From Candidatus Zambryskiibacteriota bacterium (GTDB lineage: Bacteria > Patescibacteriota > Minisyncoccia > Phycocordibacterales > WO2-35-19): a stretch of DNA of 64,000 bases. Location: positions 28,463 to 92,462 of the forward strand of contig JASNZL010000004.1 of NCBI GenBank assembly GCA_048499675.1, given 5' to 3'. Below the pieces are notes generated by a model. That model had not been told where the DNA came from, ran no database searches, and was given only the letters and a program-made list of their open reading frames with translations. Position numbers and translations under genes: made by a program. How positions within the stretch are numbered: the first letter of the stretch is position 1; every line of letters starts with the position of its first letter. Positions 1-9,772 of this stretch are shown here, piece by piece.

Positions 1-1317
1 AACTTTAGCCATGGTGATTTTGAGGAGCACGGAAATAGAGTTATAAATCTAAAAAAAGCTGTAGAAAAAACAGGCAAAACAGCAGGAATTTTACAAGATT
101 TAGCGGGGCCAAAAATAAGAATAGGTAATTTTAAAGAAGAAAAAATTGTTCTCAAGGAAGGAAATACTTTTACTTTAACCATTGATGATATAGAAGGTGA
201 TGAAGAAAGAGTCCATATAAATTATAAACATCTACCCGAGGAAGTTAAGGAAGGGCATATCATATATCTCCACGATGGCAAGAAAAAACTTCAAGTTTTG
301 GAGGTAAATGGTAATGATGTGGTTTGTAAAATATTGGTGGGAGGTGAGATAAAAGGAAGAAGAGGGGTGAATCTTCCCGACTCTGATATTTCTATAAGTT
401 GCCTCACAGAAAAAGATAAAAAAGATCTTGAATTTGGGATCAAAAATGATGTCGATTTTATAGCATTCTCTTTTGTAAGAAAACCAGAGGATATTCTTGA
501 GCTCCGAGACATCTTAAACAACGCAAAATCAAATGCAAAAATAATTGCAAAAATAGAAACACCTCAGGCAGTAAAAAATATTGACGAAATTATAGAAAAG
601 GCAGATGGAATAATGGTTGCAAGAGGAGATTTGGCAATAGAAATACCAGCCGAAAAAGTTCCTTTTGTTCAGAAAGAGATTATAAGAAAGTGTAATAACG
701 CAGGCAAACCAGTTATCACAGCAACCCAAATGCTTGAATCTATGATTCACAGCCACGTTCCTACTCGAGCAGAAGTTTCGGATGTTGCTAATGCAATCTT
801 GGATGGAACAGATGCTATAATGCTTTCTGAAGAAACCACTCTTGGCGGTTATCCAGTAGAATCTGTAGAAGTTATGGCACGCGTTGCAAGTGAAATTGAA
901 GGAAGTTATCCAGAAAGACAAATAGTTCACGCGCCCAAAAATGGCAAGACAGAAGTGACAGACTCAATAACTGGTTCTGTGGTCAAAACTGCCCATGACG
1001 TAGGCGCCAAGGCCATTGTAGCGCTAACGCACACAGGTTTTACAGCTAGGATGGTATCTAGACACAAACCACTTGTTCCTATTTTCGCACTTTCTTCAAA
1101 TCAAAAAACTATAAATCAAATAAATCTGTCATATGGATGTATTCCAATTAATATTGAAGATTGGAAAACAGTAGCTGAGGCTTTTCAAGTTGTAAGAGAA
1201 ATATGTTTAGAAAACAAAATTGCCGAGAAAGGGGATAGAGTAGTTATTTCCGCTGGAGCACCGACAATGGAGCCTCAATCAAAAGAAACGAATATGATAC
1301 TGGTGGAGACGATATAA
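1..1317 (+). CDS. pyk: Pyruvate kinase, 5'-partial. The ORF is open from the first base of the window.
   Basis: Frame 1 from position 1 reads NFSHGDFEEHG..., the PK N-terminal region. It continues into the 339 aa ORF with MVARGDLAIEIP and a C-terminal regulatory domain. Confidence 0.9.
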   Translation, partial: NFSHGDFEEHGNRVINLKKAVEKTGKTAGILQDLAGPKIRIGNFKEEKIVLKEGNTFTLTIDDIEGDEERVHINYKHLPEEVKEGHIIYLHDGKKKLQVLEVNGNDVVCKILVGGEIKGRRGVNLPDSDISISCLTEKDKKDLEFGIKNDVDFIAFSFVRKPEDILELRDILNNAKSNAKIIAKIETPQAVKNIDEIIEKADGIMVARGDLAIEIPAEKVPFVQKEIIRKCNNAGKPVITATQMLESMIHSHVPTRAEVSDVANAILDGTDAIMLSEETTLGGYPVESVEVMARVASEIEGSYPERQIVHAPKNGKTEVTDSITGSVVKTAHDVGAKAIVALTHTGFTARMVSRHKPLVPIFALSSNQKTINQINLSYGCIPINIEDWKTVAEAFQVVREICLENKIAEKGDRVVISAGAPTMEPQSKETNMILVETI

Positions 1318-1334
1318 AAACGACACGAATTAGG

Positions 1335-1440
1335 AAACGAGTTACGAAGTACGAGGTACGACAAAAACTTAAATACGAAATTCTAAATCCAAAATCCGAA
1401 ACAAACCATAAATTCAAAATACAAATGTTCAAAACCCTGA
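1335..1440. repeat. Mosaic intergenic repeat block (motif A aaacgagttacgaagtacgaggtacgac plus motif B aattctaaatcc...ataaattcaaaatacaaatgttcaaaa)
   Basis: Near-identical blocks recur at 54492-54575, 55861-55895 and 46640-46703. Confidence 0.7.
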
Positions 1441-1728
1441 AAAATAAAACTATGAAGTAATTTTATTAAGGTTTGAAAGTTTATAAAGTGTAAAAACACA
1501 AAATACAGAAACCAAATTACAAATAAACCACAATAAATAAATTTCAAATAAAAAAATTTAAGTTTTGATATCTTATTTGTTTTATTTATTCCTTATTTGA
1601 ATTTGGTACTTGGGATTTGGAATTTGTTTAGAATAATTAGGCACGCCCTGTAATTTATTATACTACTGGGATCAATTAGAAATTAGAAATTTACTATAAC
1701 CTCTCACCCCCAACCTCTAAGCTTTTTT

Positions 1729-2730
1729 CTAAGGGACTTTGTTAACTACTTCTCCTTTTGAGAAAGAGGAGATATTTTCTGCTGTAGTGTCGAGAATTCT
1801 TTTTACTGCTTCATCTGTATCAAATGCGATATGAGGTGTAATTATAACTTTGGGATGATCTATTAGATAATGATTTGAAAGGGTGATTTTTAGAGCTTCT
1901 AATTCTGGGTGAGGTTGTGTAAGAAGTTTTAATTCATCTGCCTGGTAACCCTCTTCTTCAAGCACATCAAGTCCAGCTCCAGAAAGAATTCCTTCTTCAA
2001 GAGCTTTTACTAGAGCGCTTGTTTTTACTAACCCACCACGGGCTGTATTTATAAGAACGGCACCCTTTTTAATATGATAAATGCTTTCCTCGTTTATCAT
2101 ATGGCGTGTGCTGTCATTTAGAAGTGCATGAATTGTGATAATATCAGAATTACCTAAGAGTTCTTCAAATCCTACATACCGAAATCCGAGCTCTTCGGCA
2201 AGTCCATCTTTGGGAAATGGGTCATAAGCAATCACATTCATACCAAAACCTTTTGCCATTCTTATTGAATTTGTGCCAATCTTGCCCGTGCCAATCACTC
2301 CGATTGTTTTTCCTTTCAAGTCAAAACCTCTGAAATTAGTCTGTGAGAATGAACCAGTCTCTGTCACTTGCTCATGCGCCTCTGGAATCTTCCTAGCAAG
2401 AGCGAGAAGTAGAGCAAAAGCAAATTCTGCTACAGTGTTATCGCCATAAGCGGGGACATAGACAACTTCTATATTTCTCTGCCTTGCTTCCGCAACATCA
2501 ACATGATCAAAGCCAGTTGAACGAGTAGCAATCAGTTTCAAATTTGGCATATTATCCAAATCCTCTTTTTTTATTGGGTGACTTACGAAAACCGATATAA
2601 CCTCAATTTCTTTTAGTATTTCTTCTGGAGTATTTTCTATACTATCTCTAAACTCTAAATTATCACTTCCAAGCTTTTCGCTTATATAAGCCTTCTCCCA
2701 CTCCTCAGTAAATAAATATAATGTTTTCAT
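1729..2730 (-). CDS. D-isomer-specific 2-hydroxyacid dehydrogenase, NAD-binding (D-lactate or glycerate dehydrogenase-like)
   Basis: GVIGTGKIGTNSIRMAKGFGMNVIAYDP Rossmann motif and the catalytic region HIAFDTDEA are typical of the D-2-HDH family. Confidence 0.8.
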   Translation of the reverse strand: MKTLYLFTEEWEKAYISEKLGSDNLEFRDSIENTPEEILKEIEVISVFVSHPIKKEDLDNMPNLKLIATRSTGFDHVDVAEARQRNIEVVYVPAYGDNTVAEFAFALLLALARKIPEAHEQVTETGSFSQTNFRGFDLKGKTIGVIGTGKIGTNSIRMAKGFGMNVIAYDPFPKDGLAEELGFRYVGFEELLGNSDIITIHALLNDSTRHMINEESIYHIKKGAVLINTARGGLVKTSALVKALEEGILSGAGLDVLEEEGYQADELKLLTQPHPELEALKITLSNHYLIDHPKVIITPHIAFDTDEAVKRILDTTAENISSFSKGEVVNKVP

Positions 2731-2785
2731 GCCTTAAGTATAAGTAGCTGGAACATATAGTGCAAGTTAATTATAAACATATTAC

Positions 2786-2803
2786 GTCTCGATGCATCGA
2801 GAC
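2786..2803. promoter_or_regulatory. Perfect 18 bp palindrome gtctcgatgcatcgagac, immediately upstream of the -10 of the TrpR-like gene. Candidate operator.
   Basis: It is its own reverse complement. A tataat-like hexamer follows at 2812-2817 and the gene starts at 2823. A related copy lies at 3268-3285. Confidence 0.5.
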
Positions 2804-2822
2804 ATTTTGATATAATATATAG

Positions 2823-3257
2823 ATGTCCCATATTTCGAAAAGGAAAATAAAAAAGAAAGATTTTGACAATATTTATAATAAGCTTATAGAAATACTTCTT
2901 AAAAATAAGTCAAAAGACGATTTTAGAAAATTTCTAAAAGAATTCTTTTATACAACCGAGAAAATAATGCTAACCAAAAGATTAGCAATAATTTTTATGA
3001 TTATTGAAAAGATTCCTGATAGAAAAATAGAAAAATTGCTTTTAGTAAGTAGGTCTACAATAAATAGAATAAGAAAAAAATGTGAAGGAAGGGAATATGA
3101 TTACATTCATTCTTTAATACTTAGAAATAGAAAAAGTATGTGGGATATTTTAGGTGTTTTACTTTTTGCTACATTTAATCCACCGGCTAGGGTAGGAATG
3201 GCGAGATATAGATGGTTTGAAGATGCTGAAAAAAAATATGCTTCATTCAAAAAATAG
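2823..3257 (+). CDS. TrpR/YerC-like small DNA-binding protein
   Basis: A 144 aa basic helical protein. The motif LLVSRSTINRIRKK resembles the HTH of the TrpR-related YerC/YecD family. It is flanked by two copies of a palindromic motif. Confidence 0.5.
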   Translation: MSHISKRKIKKKDFDNIYNKLIEILLKNKSKDDFRKFLKEFFYTTEKIMLTKRLAIIFMIIEKIPDRKIEKLLLVSRSTINRIRKKCEGREYDYIHSLILRNRKSMWDILGVLLFATFNPPARVGMARYRWFEDAEKKYASFKK

Positions 3258-3267
3258 TTAACGATTT

Positions 3268-3285
3268 GTCTCTATACATCGAGAC
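3268..3285. promoter_or_regulatory. Second copy of the gtctc-N8-gagac motif (gtctctatacatcgagac), between the convergent TrpR-like and ppsA genes
   Basis: It shares catcgagaca(a/t)tttg with the 2786-2803 site. Confidence 0.35.
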
Positions 3286-3360
3286 AATTTGGGTATATGA
3301 ATAATAGTTTAGATATAAAGACACCAAATTATCTTGGTGTCTTTATATATATCATTGTAC

Positions 3361-5763
3361 CTATCGCGCTTCCTCCTCTGCAATTGCAGTAAGCATAGGG
3401 ATTACAGAATCAGGGTTTAGGGAGATTGCTTCGATGTTATTTTGAATTAGGAATCTTGTGAAATCAGGATAATCACTTGGAGCTTGTCCGCAGAAACCAA
3501 TGTATTTGCCTCTTTCTCTACATTTTTGAATTGCCATAGCGACGAGAGTTTTGACGGCTGGATCATTTTCATTTGAAATCGGAGCAACTATCGCAGAGTC
3601 TCTATCAAGTCCGAGAGTAAGTTGAGCTAGGTCATTGCTACCAATTGAGAATCCATCAAAAATGTCTAAGAATTCGTCTGCTCTCAAAACATTGGTTGGA
3701 ATCTCACACATCACGTAAACTTTAAGGCCGTCTTCACCGCGTCTCAAACCTTCTTCAGCCATAATTTCCAAAACTCTTCTGCCTTCGTCCGGTGTCCTGC
3801 AAAATGGAACCATTGGTACAATGTTTTTGATACCAAATTCATCTCTTATTTTTTTGATTGCTTGACACTCCAATCTAAAAGCATCTACGAAATTTGGGTG
3901 AGCGTATCTAGAAGCCCCTCGCCAACCAATCATAGGATTTTCTTCGTCTGGTTCATAATCTTTACCACCAAGAAGGGTAGCGTATTCGTTTGTTTTGAAG
4001 TCACTAAACCTTACAATCACATCACTTGGCCAAAATGCAGAACCAATTTGAGCGATACCTTCTGCCAGTTTATCTACATAAAAGGCGACTTTGTCTTCAT
4101 ACCCCAGAGTTGCTTGTTCAATCTTTTTTTTCAATGTCTCACTCTTTAAGTTATTGAAATCAAGTAATGCTTTTGGATGAACTTTGATGGTAGAGGCAAT
4201 GATAAATTCTTCACGAGCAAGACCGACGCCCTTGTTTGGAATAAAAGAATACATGAAAGCGCTTTCTGGTGAACCAACATTTAGACAAACTTTGGTCCTT
4301 GTCTCAGGTATAGAAGTGATGTCGTGAACGGTCTCTTTCCATTCTAGTTTTCCTTCATAAATCTTACCCGTCGTTCCACTTGATGTGTCTATGGTCAAAA
4401 CATCGCCAGTTTTTATTTTTGATAGAGCATTTCCAGTGCCAATCACAGCAGGAATACCAAGCTCTCGTGAGACAATTGCGGCATGACTCGTCCTACCGCC
4501 TTTTTCTGTAATAATCGCACTAGCAATTTTCATAATTGGTTCCCAGTCAGGATCTGTAATCTCAGTAACCAAAATTTCACCCTTCTCAAATTCGTGGAGT
4601 TTTTTTACATCCGTAATAACACGCGCTTTGCCACTTGCAATCTTTGTACCAACAGCGATACCTGTATCAACAAGTTTACCTTCTGAAACGAGTGCATACT
4701 CTGTGATAGTGAGACGATTCTTTTCTGATTGAACAGTTTCTGGTCTGGCTTGAACAATAAAAAGTTCACCCGTAATACCATCTTTGGCCCATTCAATATC
4801 CATTGGCATATGCTTGCCGGCGTTTTCACTATAATGAGCTTCAATATCCATACCCCAGCGAGCCAAAGTAAGAATTTCATCATTAGTAAGCACATAAACT
4901 TCTCTGTCTTTTTTTAGAACCGGCACTTCTTTTACCGGATTTGTCTTTGTCCCGCTGTAAATCATTTTTGTTTCTTTGCTTCCAATGTCTTTTTTTATGA
5001 TAGGGGAGAAACCATCTTTGAAAGTTTTTTTGAAAACCAAATATGAATCTGGAGTAACCTTACCTTGGACCACCATCTCTCCCAACCCCCACGACGCATC
5101 AATTTCAACCACATCCTTAAAACCACTCTCGGTATCAAGAGTAAACATAACACCAGAAGAACCTTCGTCACTTCTTACCATTTTTTGGACACCTACCGAA
5201 AGAGCCACATCAAAGTGATTGAACCCTTTGTCTACTCTATAAGAAATAGCTCTGTCATTCCAAAGGGAGGCCATCGCTTCTTTGGTAGCTTTCAAAACAT
5301 TTTTGCCACCCACAACATTAAGATATGTTTCGTGCTCTCCTGCAAAACTTGCTCCGGGCAAATCTTCGGCCGTAGCACTACTTCTAACTGCTGTATCAGC
5401 TTCTTTCATGTTATAAGCATTTGATAAGTCGATATAAGCTTTTAGAATTTCTTCTTCTAAATCTTTTGGTAAATCAGAATCTATTATTTTTTCTCTGATT
5501 GCTTTACCAACTTTTTGAAGTTGCTTCACATCATGAGTGTCTAAACCTTCCAAATTCTTTTCTATAAAAGAAGTGAGGCCTTCCTTCTCAATAAAATATC
5601 TATAGGCATATGCCGTGACAGCAAAACCGTTTGGTACCCTAATACCTTTTGGTACAAGAGTTGTATACATTTCGCCGAGAGAGGCATTTTTGCCACCAAC
5701 AAGGGAGACATCCTCTATGTGAAGTTGATCAAACCAGAGTATAAATTTCTTTTCTTTATCCAT
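3361..5763 (-). CDS. ppsA: Phosphoenolpyruvate synthase (pyruvate, water dikinase)
   Basis: 800 aa. It has an N-terminal PPDK_N domain (GGKNASLGEM), a swivel domain GGRTSHAAIVSRELGIPAV, and a C-terminal PEP-utilizers TIM-barrel. Confidence 0.9.
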   Translation of the reverse strand: MDKEKKFILWFDQLHIEDVSLVGGKNASLGEMYTTLVPKGIRVPNGFAVTAYAYRYFIEKEGLTSFIEKNLEGLDTHDVKQLQKVGKAIREKIIDSDLPKDLEEEILKAYIDLSNAYNMKEADTAVRSSATAEDLPGASFAGEHETYLNVVGGKNVLKATKEAMASLWNDRAISYRVDKGFNHFDVALSVGVQKMVRSDEGSSGVMFTLDTESGFKDVVEIDASWGLGEMVVQGKVTPDSYLVFKKTFKDGFSPIIKKDIGSKETKMIYSGTKTNPVKEVPVLKKDREVYVLTNDEILTLARWGMDIEAHYSENAGKHMPMDIEWAKDGITGELFIVQARPETVQSEKNRLTITEYALVSEGKLVDTGIAVGTKIASGKARVITDVKKLHEFEKGEILVTEITDPDWEPIMKIASAIITEKGGRTSHAAIVSRELGIPAVIGTGNALSKIKTGDVLTIDTSSGTTGKIYEGKLEWKETVHDITSIPETRTKVCLNVGSPESAFMYSFIPNKGVGLAREEFIIASTIKVHPKALLDFNNLKSETLKKKIEQATLGYEDKVAFYVDKLAEGIAQIGSAFWPSDVIVRFSDFKTNEYATLLGGKDYEPDEENPMIGWRGASRYAHPNFVDAFRLECQAIKKIRDEFGIKNIVPMVPFCRTPDEGRRVLEIMAEEGLRRGEDGLKVYVMCEIPTNVLRADEFLDIFDGFSIGSNDLAQLTLGLDRDSAIVAPISNENDPAVKTLVAMAIQKCRERGKYIGFCGQAPSDYPDFTRFLIQNNIEAISLNPDSVIPMLTAIAEEEAR

Positions 5764-5951
5764 AATAATTAAAAGTTATAAAATTAAATTTAAAAATACA
5801 AAAATTGCATACTTAAATTTAACTACCACTAATTTATTATATATTTTACACTTTTTATAAATAGAAATGTAAAAAAAGTGTGGGTAAGTAAAATATTTTT
5901 ACAAGAATAATTTGAGAGTAAAAAATTTACTTATAAAAAAGGTTGGAATAT

Positions 5952-7232
5952 TTAATCTCGCAGTAAAATAAACAAATCAGAAACGTTTACACCAAGTCGT
6001 CCAGTAATAATTTGTCCACCAACTTTTTTATAGAAATTATAACTATCATTTTTTTCCAAAAATTCTTGTAGATTTAGGTTTAATTCAAATGATTTATTCA
6101 AAATGTCTTTGTCAGCAATTGCACCAGCATATTCAGTATTATCCCAACCATCAGAAGCCGAAGAAATCAGAACATGTCCTTCTTTGATAAAAGGTAGGGC
6201 AGAGAGCGCCACTTCCTGATTCCTGCCTCCAAAACCTCCACCTTTTATTATTACTGTAGTTTCACCACCAAAAAGAAGACAGGTTTTGTGTTCTAATTCT
6301 TTCTTTGCAAGTTCTATTCCAACTTCTGTCGCATTCCCAGAAAGGGTTCTTGATTCTATGTCTGTGTTATAACCCAAACCTAATGCTTTTTCTTTCATTG
6401 CCAAAAGAGCATCTTCGTTAGTTGCCACTAAAATATTTCTGACTTTTTCGAAGTATTTTTCTTCTTTTGGTGTTTCCATCAAACTACAATCAGGTGGGAT
6501 ACAGAGACCCAAGATTCCATATTTTGATAATATATTTGATGCATCTTCTACTGTAGTTCTGTCAAGCACGGTTGGACCAGAGGCCACAACTCCAATATCA
6601 TCTCCCAAAACATCCGAAAAGATTAGGGACACAACTTCTGCCGGATAGCACATTTTTGCAAGTTGTCCCCCTTGTATCCCAGAAAGATGTTTTCTCACAG
6701 TGTTTAGTTCAAAAATATCTGCTCCATTTTTTGTTAGAGTTCTTGTAACTTCAATCAATGTTTGATAATTTATGCCGTGCGGGAGACAGAGAAGAGATGA
6801 TCCTCCACCAGATATCAAAACCAAAACCAAATCTTTTTCAGTTACACCCTTAATCATTTCTACAATCTTTTTGGTAACGGAAACATTGGTCTCTGAAGGA
6901 TATGGATGTGTACCCTCAAATGATTTTATTTTTTTAAGTTCACCATATTTAACATCAAGAACTATACCATCGGTCAAACTATCTCCAAGCATTTCTTCAA
7001 TTATTTTTGCACCATCAAATGCACACTTTCCTATACCAATAAAAAAAATTCTTTCATATAAAGAGCATTTATAATTTTTGTCATTTATACAAAGAGTTCC
7101 ATCTTTGAATGAAATTTTTTTTCTAAGTATCTTTTCAGTATTAATAGCACTAAATCCAGCCTCTAATATGTCTAGAGCATCTCCTCTAAGTTTGTTAGTT
7201 TTTAAATCCTCTTTGTTTAATATTATTGACAT
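5952..7232 (-). CDS. Glycerate 2-kinase, MOFRL family
   Basis: GGETTVIIKGGGFGGRNQEVALSA and the ISGGGSSLL motifs are typical of GckA/TtuD MOFRL kinases. Confidence 0.8.
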   Translation of the reverse strand: MSIILNKEDLKTNKLRGDALDILEAGFSAINTEKILRKKISFKDGTLCINDKNYKCSLYERIFFIGIGKCAFDGAKIIEEMLGDSLTDGIVLDVKYGELKKIKSFEGTHPYPSETNVSVTKKIVEMIKGVTEKDLVLVLISGGGSSLLCLPHGINYQTLIEVTRTLTKNGADIFELNTVRKHLSGIQGGQLAKMCYPAEVVSLIFSDVLGDDIGVVASGPTVLDRTTVEDASNILSKYGILGLCIPPDCSLMETPKEEKYFEKVRNILVATNEDALLAMKEKALGLGYNTDIESRTLSGNATEVGIELAKKELEHKTCLLFGGETTVIIKGGGFGGRNQEVALSALPFIKEGHVLISSASDGWDNTEYAGAIADKDILNKSFELNLNLQEFLEKNDSYNFYKKVGGQIITGRLGVNVSDLFILLRD

Positions 7233-7244
7233 ATAACAATATTA

Positions 7245-7724
7245 TCACCTAGAGAAATTGTTTGGGGGAAGTTCCTGTTGATACATTTTTTTATTCATCA
7301 TACCCCTACCAAAACCTTTTTTGCTTAAAATTTGGGTTAGACCTATGTAATCAATAACAAAACCTGAGATTAAGATTGATGCTATAAATGCAAGTATTAT
7401 ATATTTAAAATCTAATTTATATGAAAAATTATATCTTTTTACCAAAAATAACCCCACAAAAACAAAAGCTAGGGATAGAATAAAGGCGGACCACGGAAAA
7501 TTATCAATTAATGTTTGAATTTTCATGAGTCTGCCGTATCCAACTGATCTGGTACTCATAAATACAAGGCTTGCAAGATATATCGAGGCGACAAGAGAAA
7601 AAATAATACCCAAAAAAGAAATTAAGGAACCTAGAATGAAGTATATTTTTGGCTTCATTTTAATTTTACCTTCTTTTATTTGACTCATTACGACGTCGTT
7701 TATATTTTTTTGTTCATCATGCAT
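7245..7724 (-). CDS. Membrane protein co-transcribed with the ECF sigma factor; putative anti-sigma factor
   Basis: 159 aa with three or four TM helices. It overlaps the 3' end of the sigma gene by 25 nt and ends with a TGA stop. Confidence 0.4.
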   Translation of the reverse strand: MHDEQKNINDVVMSQIKEGKIKMKPKIYFILGSLISFLGIIFSLVASIYLASLVFMSTRSVGYGRLMKIQTLIDNFPWSAFILSLAFVFVGLFLVKRYNFSYKLDFKYIILAFIASILISGFVIDYIGLTQILSKKGFGRGMMNKKMYQQELPPNNFSR

Positions 7725-8248
7725 ATTTTTTTTAATATCTTTTTTGCTCTATTAATTCTTGTTGCGACCGTACCCATGGGTATTCTTAGAATATCACTTA
7801 TTTCCTCATAACTATTTTGTCCAATATAAAAAAGAAAAAGTGGTTCTCGATACAAAATCGAAATTTGGTCTAGGCAATTATTAATTTCCTCTAGTAATTC
7901 CTTCTTAAAATAATCTTCTTCAATGTCGAGGTCGCTTTCAATATCAAAATCTTCTGGAATATTGGATGTGTTTTTATTTTTTTTAATTAAATTTAAGGCT
8001 TCGTTGTGTACAATTCTATATATCCAGCTTGAAAATTTTCTTTTTATATCAAAACCATTTAGGTTGGTATAGGCTTTAATAAATGACTCCTGTACGATAT
8101 CTATTGATTGATTTTCATCGCGAACTATACTCTTTGCATAACGAATTAGTTTGTTTTGATATCTACTTATAATATAAGAATAGTAATCACTATTTAGAGT
8201 TCGAGTTTTTAGAACTATTTCTTCGTCAGTTAAATTACTTAATTCCAT
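7700..8248 (-). CDS. RNA polymerase sigma factor, ECF (sigma-70 family group 4)
   Basis: Region 2 (VQESFIKAY...YRIVHNEALN) and region 4 (EISDILRIPMGTVATRINRAKKIL) are recognisable. Confidence 0.8.
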   Translation of the reverse strand: MELSNLTDEEIVLKTRTLNSDYYSYIISRYQNKLIRYAKSIVRDENQSIDIVQESFIKAYTNLNGFDIKRKFSSWIYRIVHNEALNLIKKNKNTSNIPEDFDIESDLDIEEDYFKKELLEEINNCLDQISILYREPLFLFYIGQNSYEEISDILRIPMGTVATRINRAKKILKKICMMNKKI

Positions 8249-8282
8249 ATTATAAATTTACAACAAGATTTATAAATACACC

Positions 8283-8310
8283 AAACCCCGTCATGATCGG
8301 GGTTTTTGTG
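8283..8310. terminator. Hairpin aaaccccg-tcatgat-cggggttttt with a T-run, between the 8324 gene and the sigma gene
   Basis: 8 bp GC-rich stem plus a U-tract on the + strand. It may be bidirectional. Confidence 0.5.
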
Positions 8311-8323
8311 TATAATTTTATAA

Positions 8324-8689
8324 TTATTTATTTCTCCATCCCATACCTTTTTGACCCATTTTGGTACCAACATCTAGACCAAGTTCACTTCTTATTTGCT
8401 TAGCCTCTTCTAATCTTCCTTGTTTTGCCAAATTATGTGCTTCTGCAAATCTAGAAAAATTGTTTTCGTTTATAACTGACACAACTCTTCCACCATTTGT
8501 CATCAAGGCCTTCCAAGCATAGTAGTCATTATTTAGAAATGCTCTTGTCATTGCTTCATGTCTATCTGCACTATAATTCGGACCCAAAACGCTAGGGTCT
8601 CCTCTATAAGCAGATGCACCGTTTACAACAAGCAGAATAGCACCCAGAGTCAAACCACCTAAACCAAACATAAATTTTTTGTTTTTCAT
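8324..8689 (-). CDS. Secreted hypothetical protein with a signal peptide
   Basis: N-terminal MKNKKFMFGLGGLTLGAILLVVNGASA signal, with no recognisable domain. Confidence 0.4.
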   Translation of the reverse strand: MKNKKFMFGLGGLTLGAILLVVNGASAYRGDPSVLGPNYSADRHEAMTRAFLNNDYYAWKALMTNGGRVVSVINENNFSRFAEAHNLAKQGRLEEAKQIRSELGLDVGTKMGQKGMGWRNK

Positions 8690-8774
8690 ATTTTATGATG
8701 TTATTAGTAATTCATATCGACCCTACACTTCTTATACAATCGAGGGGTATGATTTCTTTCATATCTAAAAACGA

Positions 8775-8812
8775 AAAGCTCGCCCACAGAGGGCGAGCTC
8801 GATCGTTAGTCA
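8775..8812 (-). terminator. Intrinsic terminator after the L,D-transpeptidase gene
   Basis: On the + strand the hairpin is agctcgccc-acagag-ggcgagct. On the - strand it is followed by ttttcgttttt. Confidence 0.55.
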
Positions 8813-8813
8813 C

Positions 8814-9302
8814 TCATTCAAACAGAACAGTGGCTTGCCGATCTTTTATGACTTCTTTGAGTTGGAGGAAGTCTTCGTTTCGGAGTCTGATACAACCCCT
8901 TGTAACCCTTTCCCCAATTGAGGCAGGGTCATTTGTCCCATGTATCATTATAAGGGGATTGATTCTGCTCTCCCAATTGATGTGCATCTTCCCGATGCCG
9001 ATTGCGTTTAGCTTGTGACCAGGAGGAATTACACTTGGCAATTCTTCTCCTGTTCTCTTTAGGTAGGCCTCTCTGGTAGCTTTTGTGGGATACCAGTGAG
9101 CGTTAATCTCTACCTTTTTCACTGTGCCAACAGCCGGCAATTTGTGTTTGATTCTAGGTAAGGCCACAGGAAGATTGAGGATTGGGATTCCTTCCTCGAG
9201 GACTAAGAGAGTCGCATCCTCAAAATCTACCCTTATTGTGAGTTCTGATTCATTGGCTAAACAAATCAGGGAGAAAAACACAAAGAATAAGCAAGTCTTC
9301 AT
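8814..9302 (-). CDS. L,D-transpeptidase (YkuD domain)
   Basis: IMIHGTNDPASIGERVTRGCIRL is the catalytic His/Cys motif. A signal peptide is present. Confidence 0.75.
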   Translation of the reverse strand: MKTCLFFVFFSLICLANESELTIRVDFEDATLLVLEEGIPILNLPVALPRIKHKLPAVGTVKKVEINAHWYPTKATREAYLKRTGEELPSVIPPGHKLNAIGIGKMHINWESRINPLIMIHGTNDPASIGERVTRGCIRLRNEDFLQLKEVIKDRQATVLFE

Positions 9303-9434
9303 AACCTCCTCCTTCTATATTTCCTATATATATTATACACCCAAAATGACAAACGCTGTAAAATTTTTTGTGAGAATTTTGTTGAAATTTTGTATCACTG
9401 GTATAATTATATTTATTAAAATTAATTTACAAAT

Positions 9435-9710
9435 ATGGGATTTGGACTTGAAAGATTACTTAATTTTGGCTCGAATAAAGATAGTGCTGACCAAGACAAG
9501 GATAAAAAAAATGCTGGTGGTAATTTTATTTCTATACCCGAAAATCCCAGTGACGGACTAGGGGATGATGAATATGCAAAGGAAGACATAAACCAACAAA
9601 AGAAAGAGTTAGAAAAAGGTATACAAGAGGAAGAAAATAGTTCTAACCCAGATATGGGTAGATTAGAACACCTTAGAAAGAAGCTTGATATTTTAAATGA
9701 GACCCAATAA
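9435..9710 (+). CDS. Hypothetical acidic protein
   Basis: 91 aa ORF with no homology recognised. Confidence 0.3.
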   Translation: MGFGLERLLNFGSNKDSADQDKDKKNAGGNFISIPENPSDGLGDDEYAKEDINQQKKELEKGIQEEENSSNPDMGRLEHLRKKLDILNETQ

Positions 9711-9772
9711 ATATGTTATAGATACTCAAAATAATTGACTTTTTTTGGGATTTTGATAATATATCCTTCTAT

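Noticed and set aside
3862-5424. Several 60-120 aa ORFs antisense to ppsA. Similar antisense ORFs lie inside pyk, rpoB, rpoC, the helicase, the sensor kinase, Pif1, aspS and the ABC gene.
   Set aside because: They are embedded in confidently assigned genes on the other strand and have low-complexity translations.
8249-8323. A small ncRNA on the plus strand ending at the 8283-8310 hairpin.
   Set aside because: No promoter or conserved structure is evident. A bidirectional terminator for the minus-strand gene is the more economical reading.
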